Below are positions 10,284-18,132 of a stretch of DNA of 64,000 nt, in pieces. Within the stretch, counting starts at the first letter, position 1; the number at the start of each line of letters is the position of its first letter. Position numbers and translations under genes: made by a program. The stretch lies in the NCBI RefSeq assembly GCF_965205175.1, contig NZ_OZ242038.1, forward strand, positions 2,462,627 to 2,526,626. The letters run 5' to 3'. The DNA comes from Candidatus Poriferisodalis sp. GTDB lineage: Bacteria; Actinomycetota; Acidimicrobiia; Acidimicrobiales; Poriferisodalaceae. The notes below the pieces were generated by a model. It was not told the DNA's origin. It saw only the letters and a program-made list of their open reading frames with translations, and searched no databases.

Positions 10284-11466
10284 CGGTCTCGTGCTCTATC
10301 ACTTGACGCTCGGCCGTCGATGCCGATGACTGCCGATGACTGTTGTCAGGCACTGCTGTTCGGTCACTGCTGCTGATCGGTTCGGCAGCGGGCGTGAGGT
10401 CGGCGAGCGGTCCCGCACCGGGCAGCGCAGTGCTCGATCCGACCAAGCCGAACAGCACGGCCATGCGGGTCGCTACGCCGTGGGACACCTGCCGGGTGAT
10501 GAGCACCCGGTTCGCGGCCAAGTCCTCAAGCACCGCACCCGCGATCTCGATGCCGCGATTCACCGGGCCGGGATGGGTGATGACGGCGCCTGGGCGCAGG
10601 CGCTCGGCTCGCTGCGCGGTGAGGCCGTAGCGGGCGGCGTACTCGGGAACAGACCCGATCAAGCCGTCTGCCATGCGTTCGCGCTGGCAGCGCAGCAGTC
10701 CCACGACGTCGAGCTGGCCGAGCACGTCGTCGAGACTGTGGGAGATGTCGACACGGGCAGCGGCGTCGGCCGGCAGCCATCCGTCGATCCACTCACGGGG
10801 CGCCGCAGGCAACAAGGTGGGCGGCGCCACGAGCACGACGCCTGCGCCCAAGGCGGTGTAGGCCTCGATGTCGCTGCGGGCGACGCGGCTGTGGACGATG
10901 TCCCCCACGATCCCGATGCGCCGTCCCCACAGCGTGGGCACGTCGGCCGGCGTGTCGGCGGGACTGGCGCCGTTCGACGTGGCGCTCTCGGGACGGTGAC
11001 CGTCTCGCAGCGGGCTGAAGTGCCGCCACAGCGTGTAGGCGTCCTGCAATCCTTGTGTGGGGTGGGCGTGCCACCCGTCACCGCCGTTGACGACGGCAAC
11101 TCGGTCGTCGGCCCAGCGCGCCATCTGTTCGGGCACGCCGGCGCTGCGGTGGCGGATGACCGCAGCGTCAATGCCCATGGCCTGAACGGTCTCGAAGGTG
11201 TCTCGCAGCGATTCGCCCTTGGCCAGCGACGACGACGCTGCTGCGAAGCTCAGCACGTCAGCGGAGAGTCGCTTGGCGGCGATCTCAAACGCCAGGCGGG
11301 TGCGAGTGGATTCCTCGAAGAAGAGTGTGGCCACGGTGCGGCCTCGCAAGGCGGGCACCTTGGGGATCGGCCTGCGGCCGACCTCGACGAAGCGATCTGT
11401 CAGCGCCAAGACGTCGGCAATGCCTTCGTCGCCGAGTTCGCGCAGTGTCAGCAGGTGACCGCTCAC
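10276..11466 (-). CDS. pyrB: Aspartate carbamoyltransferase catalytic chain, with an internal insert and a C-terminal extension
   Basis: FFEESTRTRLAFEIAAKRL, HPTQGLQD, HSRVARS and HPGPVNRG motifs; 396 aa. Confidence 0.93.
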   Translation of the reverse strand: MSGHLLTLRELGDEGIADVLALTDRFVEVGRRPIPKVPALRGRTVATLFFEESTRTRLAFEIAAKRLSADVLSFAAASSSLAKGESLRDTFETVQAMGIDAAVIRHRSAGVPEQMARWADDRVAVVNGGDGWHAHPTQGLQDAYTLWRHFSPLRDGHRPESATSNGASPADTPADVPTLWGRRIGIVGDIVHSRVARSDIEAYTALGAGVVLVAPPTLLPAAPREWIDGWLPADAAARVDISHSLDDVLGQLDVVGLLRCQRERMADGLIGSVPEYAARYGLTAQRAERLRPGAVITHPGPVNRGIEIAGAVLEDLAANRVLITRQVSHGVATRMAVLFGLVGSSTALPGAGPLADLTPAAEPISSSDRTAVPDNSHRQSSASTAERQVIEHETDG

Positions 11467-12029
11467 TTGCGCATCTCCCCCAGCAGCACGCCTTCGAGCG
11501 TGACGTCCACCATTTCGTCGCGGCTCGTGGGCAGGTTCTTGCCGACAAAGTCCGGGCGGATGGGCAGCTCTCGGTGACCACGGTCGATGACGACGGCGAG
11601 TTGGACGGCTCGCGGCCGCCCGAAGTCGTTGAGCGCATCGAGTGCGGCGCGGATGGTGCGGCCGGTGAACAGCACGTCGTCGACCACCACGACGGTCATG
11701 CCGTCGAGGTCGAACGGGATGTCGGTGACCGCCTCGGCCATGACCGGCCGCAGCGCGATGTCGTCACGGTGCATCACCACGTCGAGCGTGCCGAAGGGCA
11801 CGTCGGTTCCTTCGATCTCGAACAGCAGCCGGACGATGCGCAGCGCGATCTGCACGCCCCCGGTCTGCAGGCCCACGACGGCGACATCGGCCAAGCCGCT
11901 GTTGCGCTCGACGATCTCATGGCCGATGCGGGTCAGTGCCCGGTGAACCCCGCCGGCGTCCAAGACGGTGGTTCGCGCAACGAAGACGCCCCCGTACGGG
12001 GGCGTCATGCGTCGTTCGCGGTCTGCCAC
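11463..12029 (-). CDS. pyrR: Bifunctional pyrimidine operon regulator / uracil phosphoribosyltransferase
   Basis: VVVVDDVLFTGRTIRAALDAL PRPP motif. GTG start at 12029 with GGAAGGA 7 nt upstream. Confidence 0.92.
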   Translation of the reverse strand: MADRERRMTPPYGGVFVARTTVLDAGGVHRALTRIGHEIVERNSGLADVAVVGLQTGGVQIALRIVRLLFEIEGTDVPFGTLDVVMHRDDIALRPVMAEAVTDIPFDLDGMTVVVVDDVLFTGRTIRAALDALNDFGRPRAVQLAVVIDRGHRELPIRPDFVGKNLPTSRDEMVDVTLEGVLLGEMRK

Positions 12030-12046
12030 GCGCAGGTCCTTCCTGT

Positions 12047-12077
12047 CCGTACGAGCCTCACGGGACTCGCTTCACGG
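12047..12077 (-). promoter_or_regulatory. Candidate PyrR-binding RNA hairpin in the pyrR leader
   Basis: Minus-strand RNA CCGUGAAGCGAGUCCCGUGAGGCUCGUACGG. Outer stem CCGU/ACGG, inner stem GCGAG/CUCGU, loop UCCCGUGAGG. The loop resembles the PyrR box as I recall it (AGUCCAGAGAGGCU). It lies about 10 nt 5' of the SD. Confidence 0.5.
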
Positions 12078-12134
12078 TCAGACCGCCAGCCTAACCGCGC
12101 TGCCCTAACCCCGATGCCAAGTGGCGACGCTGCG

Positions 12135-12506
12135 TCAGGCACATGCGGGCACGCCGGCACCCGACAGATCCGCGACATCGAGCGCTTCGAGGCTCAACGC
12201 ATGCCGGCCGCGTGCAGGCGTGAGGCCCCGCAGCATCACCGGCGCCCAGTCCAGCGAGACATCGGCTCGCACAGCATCGCCGCGCCGACACACCGTGCAA
12301 GCCGGAGCTGCGCAGCCCGGCGGCGGTGCGCACTGCCGGGTCGCACTGTTGCTGAGGGCGCACGCATCGAGCGTGGCTGTTGCCACCCGGCGCGCTTGGT
12401 CCGCTGCCTGGTTGCGCAGCCCGAGGGCCTGCGCAGTGTCTGCGGCAGCTGCACTGAACAGCGCGCACATCGTCGCCAGCGCCAGCGAGAGGATCGGTGC
12501 GCTCAC
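12135..12506 (-). CDS. TadE/TadG-like minor pilin (pseudopilin)
   Basis: 123 aa. N-terminal hydrophobic helix MSAPILSLALATMCALFSAAAA followed by an Ala/Arg-rich segment. Overlaps the upstream gene by 4 nt and sits in the Tad context. Confidence 0.5.
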   Translation of the reverse strand: MSAPILSLALATMCALFSAAAADTAQALGLRNQAADQARRVATATLDACALSNSATRQCAPPPGCAAPACTVCRRGDAVRADVSLDWAPVMLRGLTPARGRHALSLEALDVADLSGAGVPACA

Positions 12507-12925
12507 TGCGGCGCTGCCAGATCGCCGGGCACGGCCGCCGCTGCCCGAGCCCGGACGGTGTCGGCGAACAGCGGCGACACCGACAGCGGGCAGTCCACTT
12601 CGACGCTGACGGCCGCGGGCGCGCCGTCGCTCCGCAGCCGATGCACGGTCGCTTCTACCTCGAAACCGGGATCAGCGGTGTCGCAATCGGACACTGCCGC
12701 AGCACCCACGATGCGCTCGGCGACGGCCTGAACGGCGCGCTGCATCTCGGCCGCATCGACGCCGTCTGGTGGCGACGCTACGGCGCCGGCGGCGTAGTGC
12801 GCCGCCTCGATGCCTGCCGCGCGAACGCTGTGAGAGGCACGGGTCGCGTCGCCTGCGTAGTCCACCAGCCAGACGCCGAACACCAGCACCGCTGCGACGC
12901 TGAGCATGCCGATGCTCTCATCCAT
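12503..12925 (-). CDS. TadE-like pilus assembly protein
   Basis: 140 aa. N-terminal helix MLSVAAVLVFGVWLV followed by SVRAAGIEAAHYAAG. Tad locus context. Confidence 0.55.
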   Translation of the reverse strand: MDESIGMLSVAAVLVFGVWLVDYAGDATRASHSVRAAGIEAAHYAAGAVASPPDGVDAAEMQRAVQAVAERIVGAAAVSDCDTADPGFEVEATVHRLRSDGAPAAVSVEVDCPLSVSPLFADTVRARAAAAVPGDLAAPQ

Positions 12926-12982
12926 CGACAGACACCCCTCGTGAGCAGGCTCGACCGAGCGAGTCCGCGTGCGCGTGCGGCA

Positions 12983-13399
12983 TCAGCACGGCGGCGGCAG
13001 CGGTGCCTGCAACGCTGCGCCTCGTGCGAACGACGGACGGCGGCAGGCCACGCCCAGCGCCCCCGCTGTTGCGAGCCAGCCGTGTGATGCGACGCGGACC
13101 GACACGATCACCGAGCAGGTGCCGTCGGTTCGCACCTCGACCGCAGTTGGCGTGACCGACGCGAGCTGCGCGGCACGGCCGGCAGCGGCGCGGGAAGCGG
13201 TTGCGAGCGCGTCGGACGGCAGATCGGACTCGGCGCAGGTCCAGTCCGGTGGCAGCAGGTCGGTCACCGCGATGGCTGCCGCGTCGGCAGCGCCCTGCGC
13301 CACAGCTGCTCCGACTTGGCGGCCGAACAGCGAGATCACCAGCGCCATGAACACCGCCAAAACGCTGAACAGTCGCAGGATCGACAGCGAGCTACCCAT
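12983..13399 (-). CDS. TadE-like protein (actinobacterial Rv3654c-like family)
   Basis: 138 aa. LRLFSVLAVFMALVISLFGRQVGAAVAQGAADAAAIAVTD resembles the hydrophobic helix plus A.AADLAALAAA pattern I recall for that family. Confidence 0.6.
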   Translation of the reverse strand: MGSSLSILRLFSVLAVFMALVISLFGRQVGAAVAQGAADAAAIAVTDLLPPDWTCAESDLPSDALATASRAAAGRAAQLASVTPTAVEVRTDGTCSVIVSVRVASHGWLATAGALGVACRRPSFARGAALQAPLPPPC

Positions 13400-13483
13400 G
13401 TCGCACCCGATGTCTCAAACTGTAGAGACGTTGACGTGTCGACCGGACAGCATCGTGCCTGCGGCGATGCAGCATTGGTCGGG

Positions 13484-13681
13484 CTACCCCTTGCACGCGC
13501 CGCCGGCCCAGTTGCCGCCGACGGCATCGCACAGCTGTTTCGTTCTGATCTCTGCGTATTCGACGGAACCGTCGGTTTCGGGGGCGTTTGCCCCGAGCGT
13601 CGTCCACATCACTGCCACGACCAGCACCGAAGCGGCGACGGCGGCGGCAATGAAGATCAGCTTGGTGACTGGTGAGTCCAT
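13484..13681 (-). CDS. Small membrane-anchored/secreted protein with two Cys; candidate major pilin-like subunit (not canonical Flp)
   Basis: 65 aa. ATG at 13681 preceded by AAGGAG 7 nt upstream. N-terminal helix KLIFIAAAVAASVLVVAVMW. Occupies the position between tadC and the tadE-like genes, where flp normally sits. Confidence 0.55.
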   Translation of the reverse strand: MDSPVTKLIFIAAAVAASVLVVAVMWTTLGANAPETDGSVEYAEIRTKQLCDAVGGNWAGGACKG

Positions 13682-13700
13682 GGTGGTGCTCCTTGTTTGT

Positions 13701-13745
13701 TTCGGGTGGCCTTCGGGGTTTGCTTCGGGTGGCCTTCGGGGTTTG
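13701..13745 (-). repeat. Two tandem copies of a 22-nt unit (period 23) in the leader of the pilin-like gene
   Basis: Plus strand ttcgggtggccttcggggtttg occurs at 13701-13722 and again at 13724-13745. Confidence 0.9.
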
Positions 13746-13884
13746 GTTCTGGGCTGGCTGCGGTTCGCTTGCTGGGTGGCTGGCGTCTGGGCGGGCCTTT
13801 GGTCAGCTGCTCGGCGGCTTCGCTTGCTCCGGTTGCGCAGGGCCAGGACCGGCTGCCCAAGGCCAGACGCTCTGGGACGGCGGC

Positions 13885-14652
13885 TCAGACGGACGGCAGC
13901 GTCATCACGATCGTCACCATCACCATCGCCGAGGCCACGACGGCCAGCAGCGCCGCCGACGCGCCCACGGACCGGCCCAGCCGGTCGATGGCTTCGCGGC
14001 GGCGGTCGTCGATGGCTCGGACCACGCGGTCCAGCACACGGTCCAGCAGCTGAGATGCGGCAGCGCCGGACCGTTCCGCCACGTCGACGGTGCGCAGCAG
14101 CGACGTGGTCGGTGAGTCCGCCAGCTGCGCGGCAACGGCTGCGAGCGGATCACGGCCGCCGATCACCGCAGCGTTGACCGCACCGGCGGCCGGGGCGAAT
14201 GCCGGGTCCACCACACGCTCGGCCGCGTCGAGCACGGCCACGCTGATGGGCCGACCCGCCGCAACGAACAGGCGGATGCGACGCAGCCACATCAGCACCG
14301 CTCCGTCTAAGCGACGACGATGCCCCGACAGCACGACGGCAGCGATCACCGCCGGCACCGCCCACGACGCAACCACCGCGGCCAGCAGCGCCCAGCCCAG
14401 CGCAGCGGCGGGTGCCGCAGTGCCCGCTGTGGGCAGTCGGCCACCGGCCACGAACCCGATGCCGACGGCCGCCACCGCGACAACGACGGTGATCGTGGCC
14501 AGGCGAGGCGCACTCCAGCCCAGCGCGGCCAGTCGTCGGCGATTGCGCTGCTTGCGTTCGCTCGTCGAGAGCGAGCTGAGCGCCGCCGCAGCACCGAGAC
14601 CCGCCACGATCCACAGCGCGCCAACACTCGGCGGCGGCAGTATCCCGGTCAT
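13885..14652 (-). CDS. tadC: Type II secretion F-domain pilus assembly membrane protein (TadC-like)
   Basis: 255-aa polytopic membrane protein. ATG at 14650-14652 overlaps the tadB stop (ATGA). Taken from the C-terminal part of the 526-aa track ORF. Confidence 0.7.
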   Translation of the reverse strand: MTGILPPPSVGALWIVAGLGAAAALSSLSTSERKQRNRRRLAALGWSAPRLATITVVVAVAAVGIGFVAGGRLPTAGTAAPAAALGWALLAAVVASWAVPAVIAAVVLSGHRRRLDGAVLMWLRRIRLFVAAGRPISVAVLDAAERVVDPAFAPAAGAVNAAVIGGRDPLAAVAAQLADSPTTSLLRTVDVAERSGAAASQLLDRVLDRVVRAIDDRRREAIDRLGRSVGASAALLAVVASAMVMVTIVMTLPSV

Positions 14653-15437
14653 CGCAACATCTCCCACGCCGCGGCCAGCGGCCGGGCGCACACGGCCACC
14701 GCCACGACCGTCGCTGCGAGGCCAATGCGTTGACCCTGCGGACCGCTCAGCCACGCCCACGCGTCGGGGCTGACCAGCGCACTGCCCAAGGCAATTGCGG
14801 CGCCAAGCGCTGCGGCCAGCCCGAGTTGTGGCAGGTTGGCTGCAACATGACGATGAAAGTGCCGGGCCGTCGCAGAAGCCTCCGCTGCCTCGGCTTCCAC
14901 GACTTCCAGGATCGGCACCCATTCGCCTCCGCTGGAGGCCGCTACCGCCACGGCATCGGCCAGCCACGCAGCCACTGCGCCCTGCTCGCCGCGTGCGAAG
15001 CGCACCGCAGCCGCCTCGACCCCGATGCTGCGGCATTCGGACACGAAATTGGCCACGGTGGGCCCAATCGGCCCAGACGCCAGCGGTGCCGAGGTCTCCA
15101 GCGCGTCCACGACGGTTCGCGAAACCTGTGCCTGGTTGGCCAGCACGGCGGCGAACTGCGCGACGGACTCCGCGGCGAGCACACGCTGGCGGCTGCGCAC
15201 AACCACCGCGGCGCACCACGTACACATGCTGGCTACCGCGCCGGTCAGCCCGGCCGCTGCCGGGCCGAATGCCAGCCCGGCAACGAACGCTGCAACCCCG
15301 CTCGTCAGCCAAGGCCAGCGAACCGACGAACGCTCTGGGTGCGGTCCGGCGGCGCGCCGTTTCGCGCCGAGTTCGCCGAACAGGATCCACAGCGCGGCAC
15401 CCGCGCCGACCATGCCGACAGCGACCGGCTTCAGCAC
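14649..15437 (-). CDS. tadB: Type II secretion F-domain pilus assembly membrane protein (TadB-like)
   Basis: 262-aa membrane protein immediately downstream of the ATPase, with a 7-nt overlap. Confidence 0.7.
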   Translation of the reverse strand: MLKPVAVGMVGAGAALWILFGELGAKRRAAGPHPERSSVRWPWLTSGVAAFVAGLAFGPAAAGLTGAVASMCTWCAAVVVRSRQRVLAAESVAQFAAVLANQAQVSRTVVDALETSAPLASGPIGPTVANFVSECRSIGVEAAAVRFARGEQGAVAAWLADAVAVAASSGGEWVPILEVVEAEAAEASATARHFHRHVAANLPQLGLAAALGAAIALGSALVSPDAWAWLSGPQGQRIGLAATVVAVAVCARPLAAAWEMLR

Positions 15438-17407
15438 GCCGCGTCCTCGGCGACGAGCGGCTCATAGGGCGGCGGGTTGTCGATGGGAACCAGCGGGCCC
15501 GGATCCCACATGACTTCGCTCCGCTCGGCTCGCTCGCACGACGGCGCGTCGAACAGCGGCCCGCTCAGCAGCGGTCCGTCGTGAGCGCCCCTAGCGCTGG
15601 TCGATGCGCTCGCATGCGTCCCTGCGCCATGATCTGTCGATCCGTTGCGCGCATCCGCAGCACCCACCGACACAGCCGCAGGCAATGCAACACCGTGAGG
15701 TGCCGACCCGTCGCGCAACGCTGCAGCGCGCACCGCAGCCGGCGAAGGCTGCAGCGCGCTGTCGGGAGCGGGAGCATCCACGATGCGCGAGAACAGCGTC
15801 GCGCCGATGGGAACGCCGATGTCGTCTGCCGCGACCCCGGCGGCTGCGTAGACCGCAGCCACTCGCCCCACCGGACGGCCGCGAGGCGTCGCCCAGCGGT
15901 CTCCCGGGTGCAGCGCCCACAGGCAGGTCGTGGAGATGACTCCCGTCATCTGGTCGATGCCAGTGAGCTGGGTGACGTCTGCGACAACACGATCGCCTGC
16001 GTCATTGCGGCCGAGCCACACGCACAGGTCCACTGCTGAGGCGATCTGGCGGCGGGCGTAGTCCGGCTCGGCGCCTTCCGAGCACGCGTACGCCACGAGC
16101 TTTTCGAGCACGCCCTGGCCGGGCTGGGAATGCAGGGTGACCAAGCAGCCGTCGAGCCCGGAGGACATGGCGTCGAGCAACGCCTCGCAGCCCTCGCCGC
16201 GGATCTCCCCCACCACCAGCTTGGCGGCATTCGCTCGCTTGGCGTCCCGGATGTGATCTGCCATCGAGTGGCGTCCGTGGCCGTCCTGATTGGGATCGCG
16301 GGTCAATCGCTCGTAGGTGTTCGGGTGGATGCCGTATTCGTGCAGGCGCAGCTCGGGCGTGTCCTCGATCGTGTCGATGCGCTCGTGAGCGGGAACCGCG
16401 GCGAGCAGCGCTTGGCACAAGGTCGTCTTGCCGCCGCCCATCGCCGCGGCGACCACCACATTGGCCCGCACGCGACCGGTGATGGCCTCGACCAGCAAGC
16501 TGTTGAGTTCAGGCGAGGCGACACCGAGCTCGTCGAGCCGGATGCGGCCGGCCATGTTGGAACGCAGCACCACGTTCGGCGGGCTGGTCACGAACGCCTC
16601 GGCGTGCAGGCGCCAGCGGTCTCCGACGCGCACGTCGAGACGCGGGTCCAGCTCGTCGAAGCGCTGCGGACGATCGCCGGAGTAGCCGGCGAGAAACCGC
16701 ACTGCCTCGATGAGGTCCTCGTCGGCGCTGAACGGCGAAGGCCGACGTTCTACGCGGCCGCCGGCATATTGCACCAGCATCGACTCGCCGCCCCGAATCT
16801 GAAACTCCTCAACATCGGACTCGGCCAGCAGGTCCTCCAGTGCGTCGGTGGCAGCGCGTGCGGCATTGCGTCGCCGCACCGCACCGTCGGAGCGGTCCAG
16901 ACGCTGAGGTGCGCATGCTGCGCCGGTCAAGGCGCCGCCCAGCCGCTGGACTCTGCGGGTGGCGCCGCGAGTGCCCAGCCGCTTGAGGCGCACGACCCGA
17001 TCCGCCCTGAGCACCTCGGAGAGCTCGCCGGTGGGATCGCCTCGGCCGCCGCTGGGCGCAGGAAGCCACACCGCGACCCGCGGCACCGCGGCGGCCGCGG
17101 CCGCTTGCCATGCCAGCGCCCCATGGTGCCGATCGTCGCCTCGCGCCGCAGAGACGCCGACGCAGGTGCCGAGCAGCAGCACGATCTCGACGGCGGCTGC
17201 AGCGGCTGTGTGTATCGCGTCGCGCTCTGCGCTGCTCGTCAGCCACACAACGCACGGTTCGCCCGAGGACTCGGCAGGCGACATCGACGCCGTGTGGGCC
17301 CACACCGAGACCTCGCCGGCTGCGGCGGACATTCCTGCGCACAGCGCTTCACAGAACCAGTCGCGGGTGGGCACGGCCACGGCATCGTCACACAGCACGA
17401 GCAGCAC
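15431..17407 (-). CDS. tadA: Tad pilus secretion ATPase (CpaF/TadA, VirB11 superfamily) with N- and C-terminal extensions
   Basis: Walker A AAAMGGGKTTL, IDTIEDTPEL and Walker B-like KLVVGEIRGEG. 658 aa, larger than I expect for CpaF. The C-terminal ~150 aa are low complexity. Confidence 0.9.
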   Translation of the reverse strand: MLLVLCDDAVAVPTRDWFCEALCAGMSAAAGEVSVWAHTASMSPAESSGEPCVVWLTSSAERDAIHTAAAAAVEIVLLLGTCVGVSAARGDDRHHGALAWQAAAAAAVPRVAVWLPAPSGGRGDPTGELSEVLRADRVVRLKRLGTRGATRRVQRLGGALTGAACAPQRLDRSDGAVRRRNAARAATDALEDLLAESDVEEFQIRGGESMLVQYAGGRVERRPSPFSADEDLIEAVRFLAGYSGDRPQRFDELDPRLDVRVGDRWRLHAEAFVTSPPNVVLRSNMAGRIRLDELGVASPELNSLLVEAITGRVRANVVVAAAMGGGKTTLCQALLAAVPAHERIDTIEDTPELRLHEYGIHPNTYERLTRDPNQDGHGRHSMADHIRDAKRANAAKLVVGEIRGEGCEALLDAMSSGLDGCLVTLHSQPGQGVLEKLVAYACSEGAEPDYARRQIASAVDLCVWLGRNDAGDRVVADVTQLTGIDQMTGVISTTCLWALHPGDRWATPRGRPVGRVAAVYAAAGVAADDIGVPIGATLFSRIVDAPAPDSALQPSPAAVRAAALRDGSAPHGVALPAAVSVGAADARNGSTDHGAGTHASASTSARGAHDGPLLSGPLFDAPSCERAERSEVMWDPGPLVPIDNPPPYEPLVAEDAAC

Positions 17408-17410
17408 GAT

Positions 17411-18088
17411 TCAGCCTCCGCCGGCTGGAGCAACAGGGCCCGACCCAAACGGGTTCGGCACGACTCGGTTCGCAGACGTGGCGCCCGGACTGCGGCACAG
17501 CGGCCACCCATCGGGCGGCGCCGGCCAGACCACGAGGCCGTCGAGACCGGCGGCCGCTGCCAGCCGCGCCGCAGCGGGCGCATCGACGCGCACCACGACG
17601 CTGCCCTCAGCGCCGTCCACCAGCGTGGTCACCTGCAGTGCGCAGCCGCCCAGCACGTCGGCCACCACCGCGACGCTGCCGGCGCTGGGCGCTGCCGTCG
17701 GCCACGCGGAGGTGTCGGCCTCGAATCGCATCGCAGTCAGCCCGCCGCTGACACCGGCGGGGTCAGCGAGCAGTTCGGGCGTCACGAACGTCCCCGAGGG
17801 AAGGTCGTGGCTCGAAACGCTTTCCGCGATGGCCGTGAGGTCAGCGAACCGTTCGGCGAGCGGCTGAGCCACTTCGATCACCTCGAAGGCGCCCGGCGGC
17901 TGACCTGCGCTCCACGGCTCAGACGCAACCGCTACCAGCACTCCCGGCGGTTCGCGGTGGGGGCGACCCCACAGCCAGACGGCCGCGACCACGGTGGCGA
18001 CGATCAGTGCGGCGACCGCGAGGCGCCACGGCTCCGGTCCTCGCCGCTGCGGACCGGCGGGCCCAGCGGCTGACCCTGTCGCGGGCAT
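17411..18088 (-). CDS. cpaB: CpaB/RcpC-like pilus assembly protein (SAF-like domain)
   Basis: I chose the internal ATG at 18088 (MPATGS...). TM helix WRLAVAALIVATVVAAVWLW, then a beta-rich domain. It ends 3 nt before tadA. Confidence 0.5.
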   Translation of the reverse strand: MPATGSAAGPAGPQRRGPEPWRLAVAALIVATVVAAVWLWGRPHREPPGVLVAVASEPWSAGQPPGAFEVIEVAQPLAERFADLTAIAESVSSHDLPSGTFVTPELLADPAGVSGGLTAMRFEADTSAWPTAAPSAGSVAVVADVLGGCALQVTTLVDGAEGSVVVRVDAPAAARLAAAAGLDGLVVWPAPPDGWPLCRSPGATSANRVVPNPFGSGPVAPAGGG

Positions 18089-18132
18089 CGCAGGCCGCTC
18101 CTGGCCTGCGTACGCGGTCGGCGCAGTGAAGC

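Noticed and set aside
13484-13681. Reading DGSVEYAEI in the 65-aa protein as the Flp prepilin cleavage motif G/xxxxEY
   Set aside because: In Flp prepilins the motif precedes the hydrophobic helix. Here the helix is N-terminal and the motif is followed by a polar Cys-containing tail, so canonical Flp processing is unlikely.
13657-13860. 67-aa minus-strand ORF in the tadC-to-pilin interval
   Set aside because: It is a Pro/Lys/Gln-rich translation of the CA-rich leader, runs into the real ATG out of frame, and has no SD.
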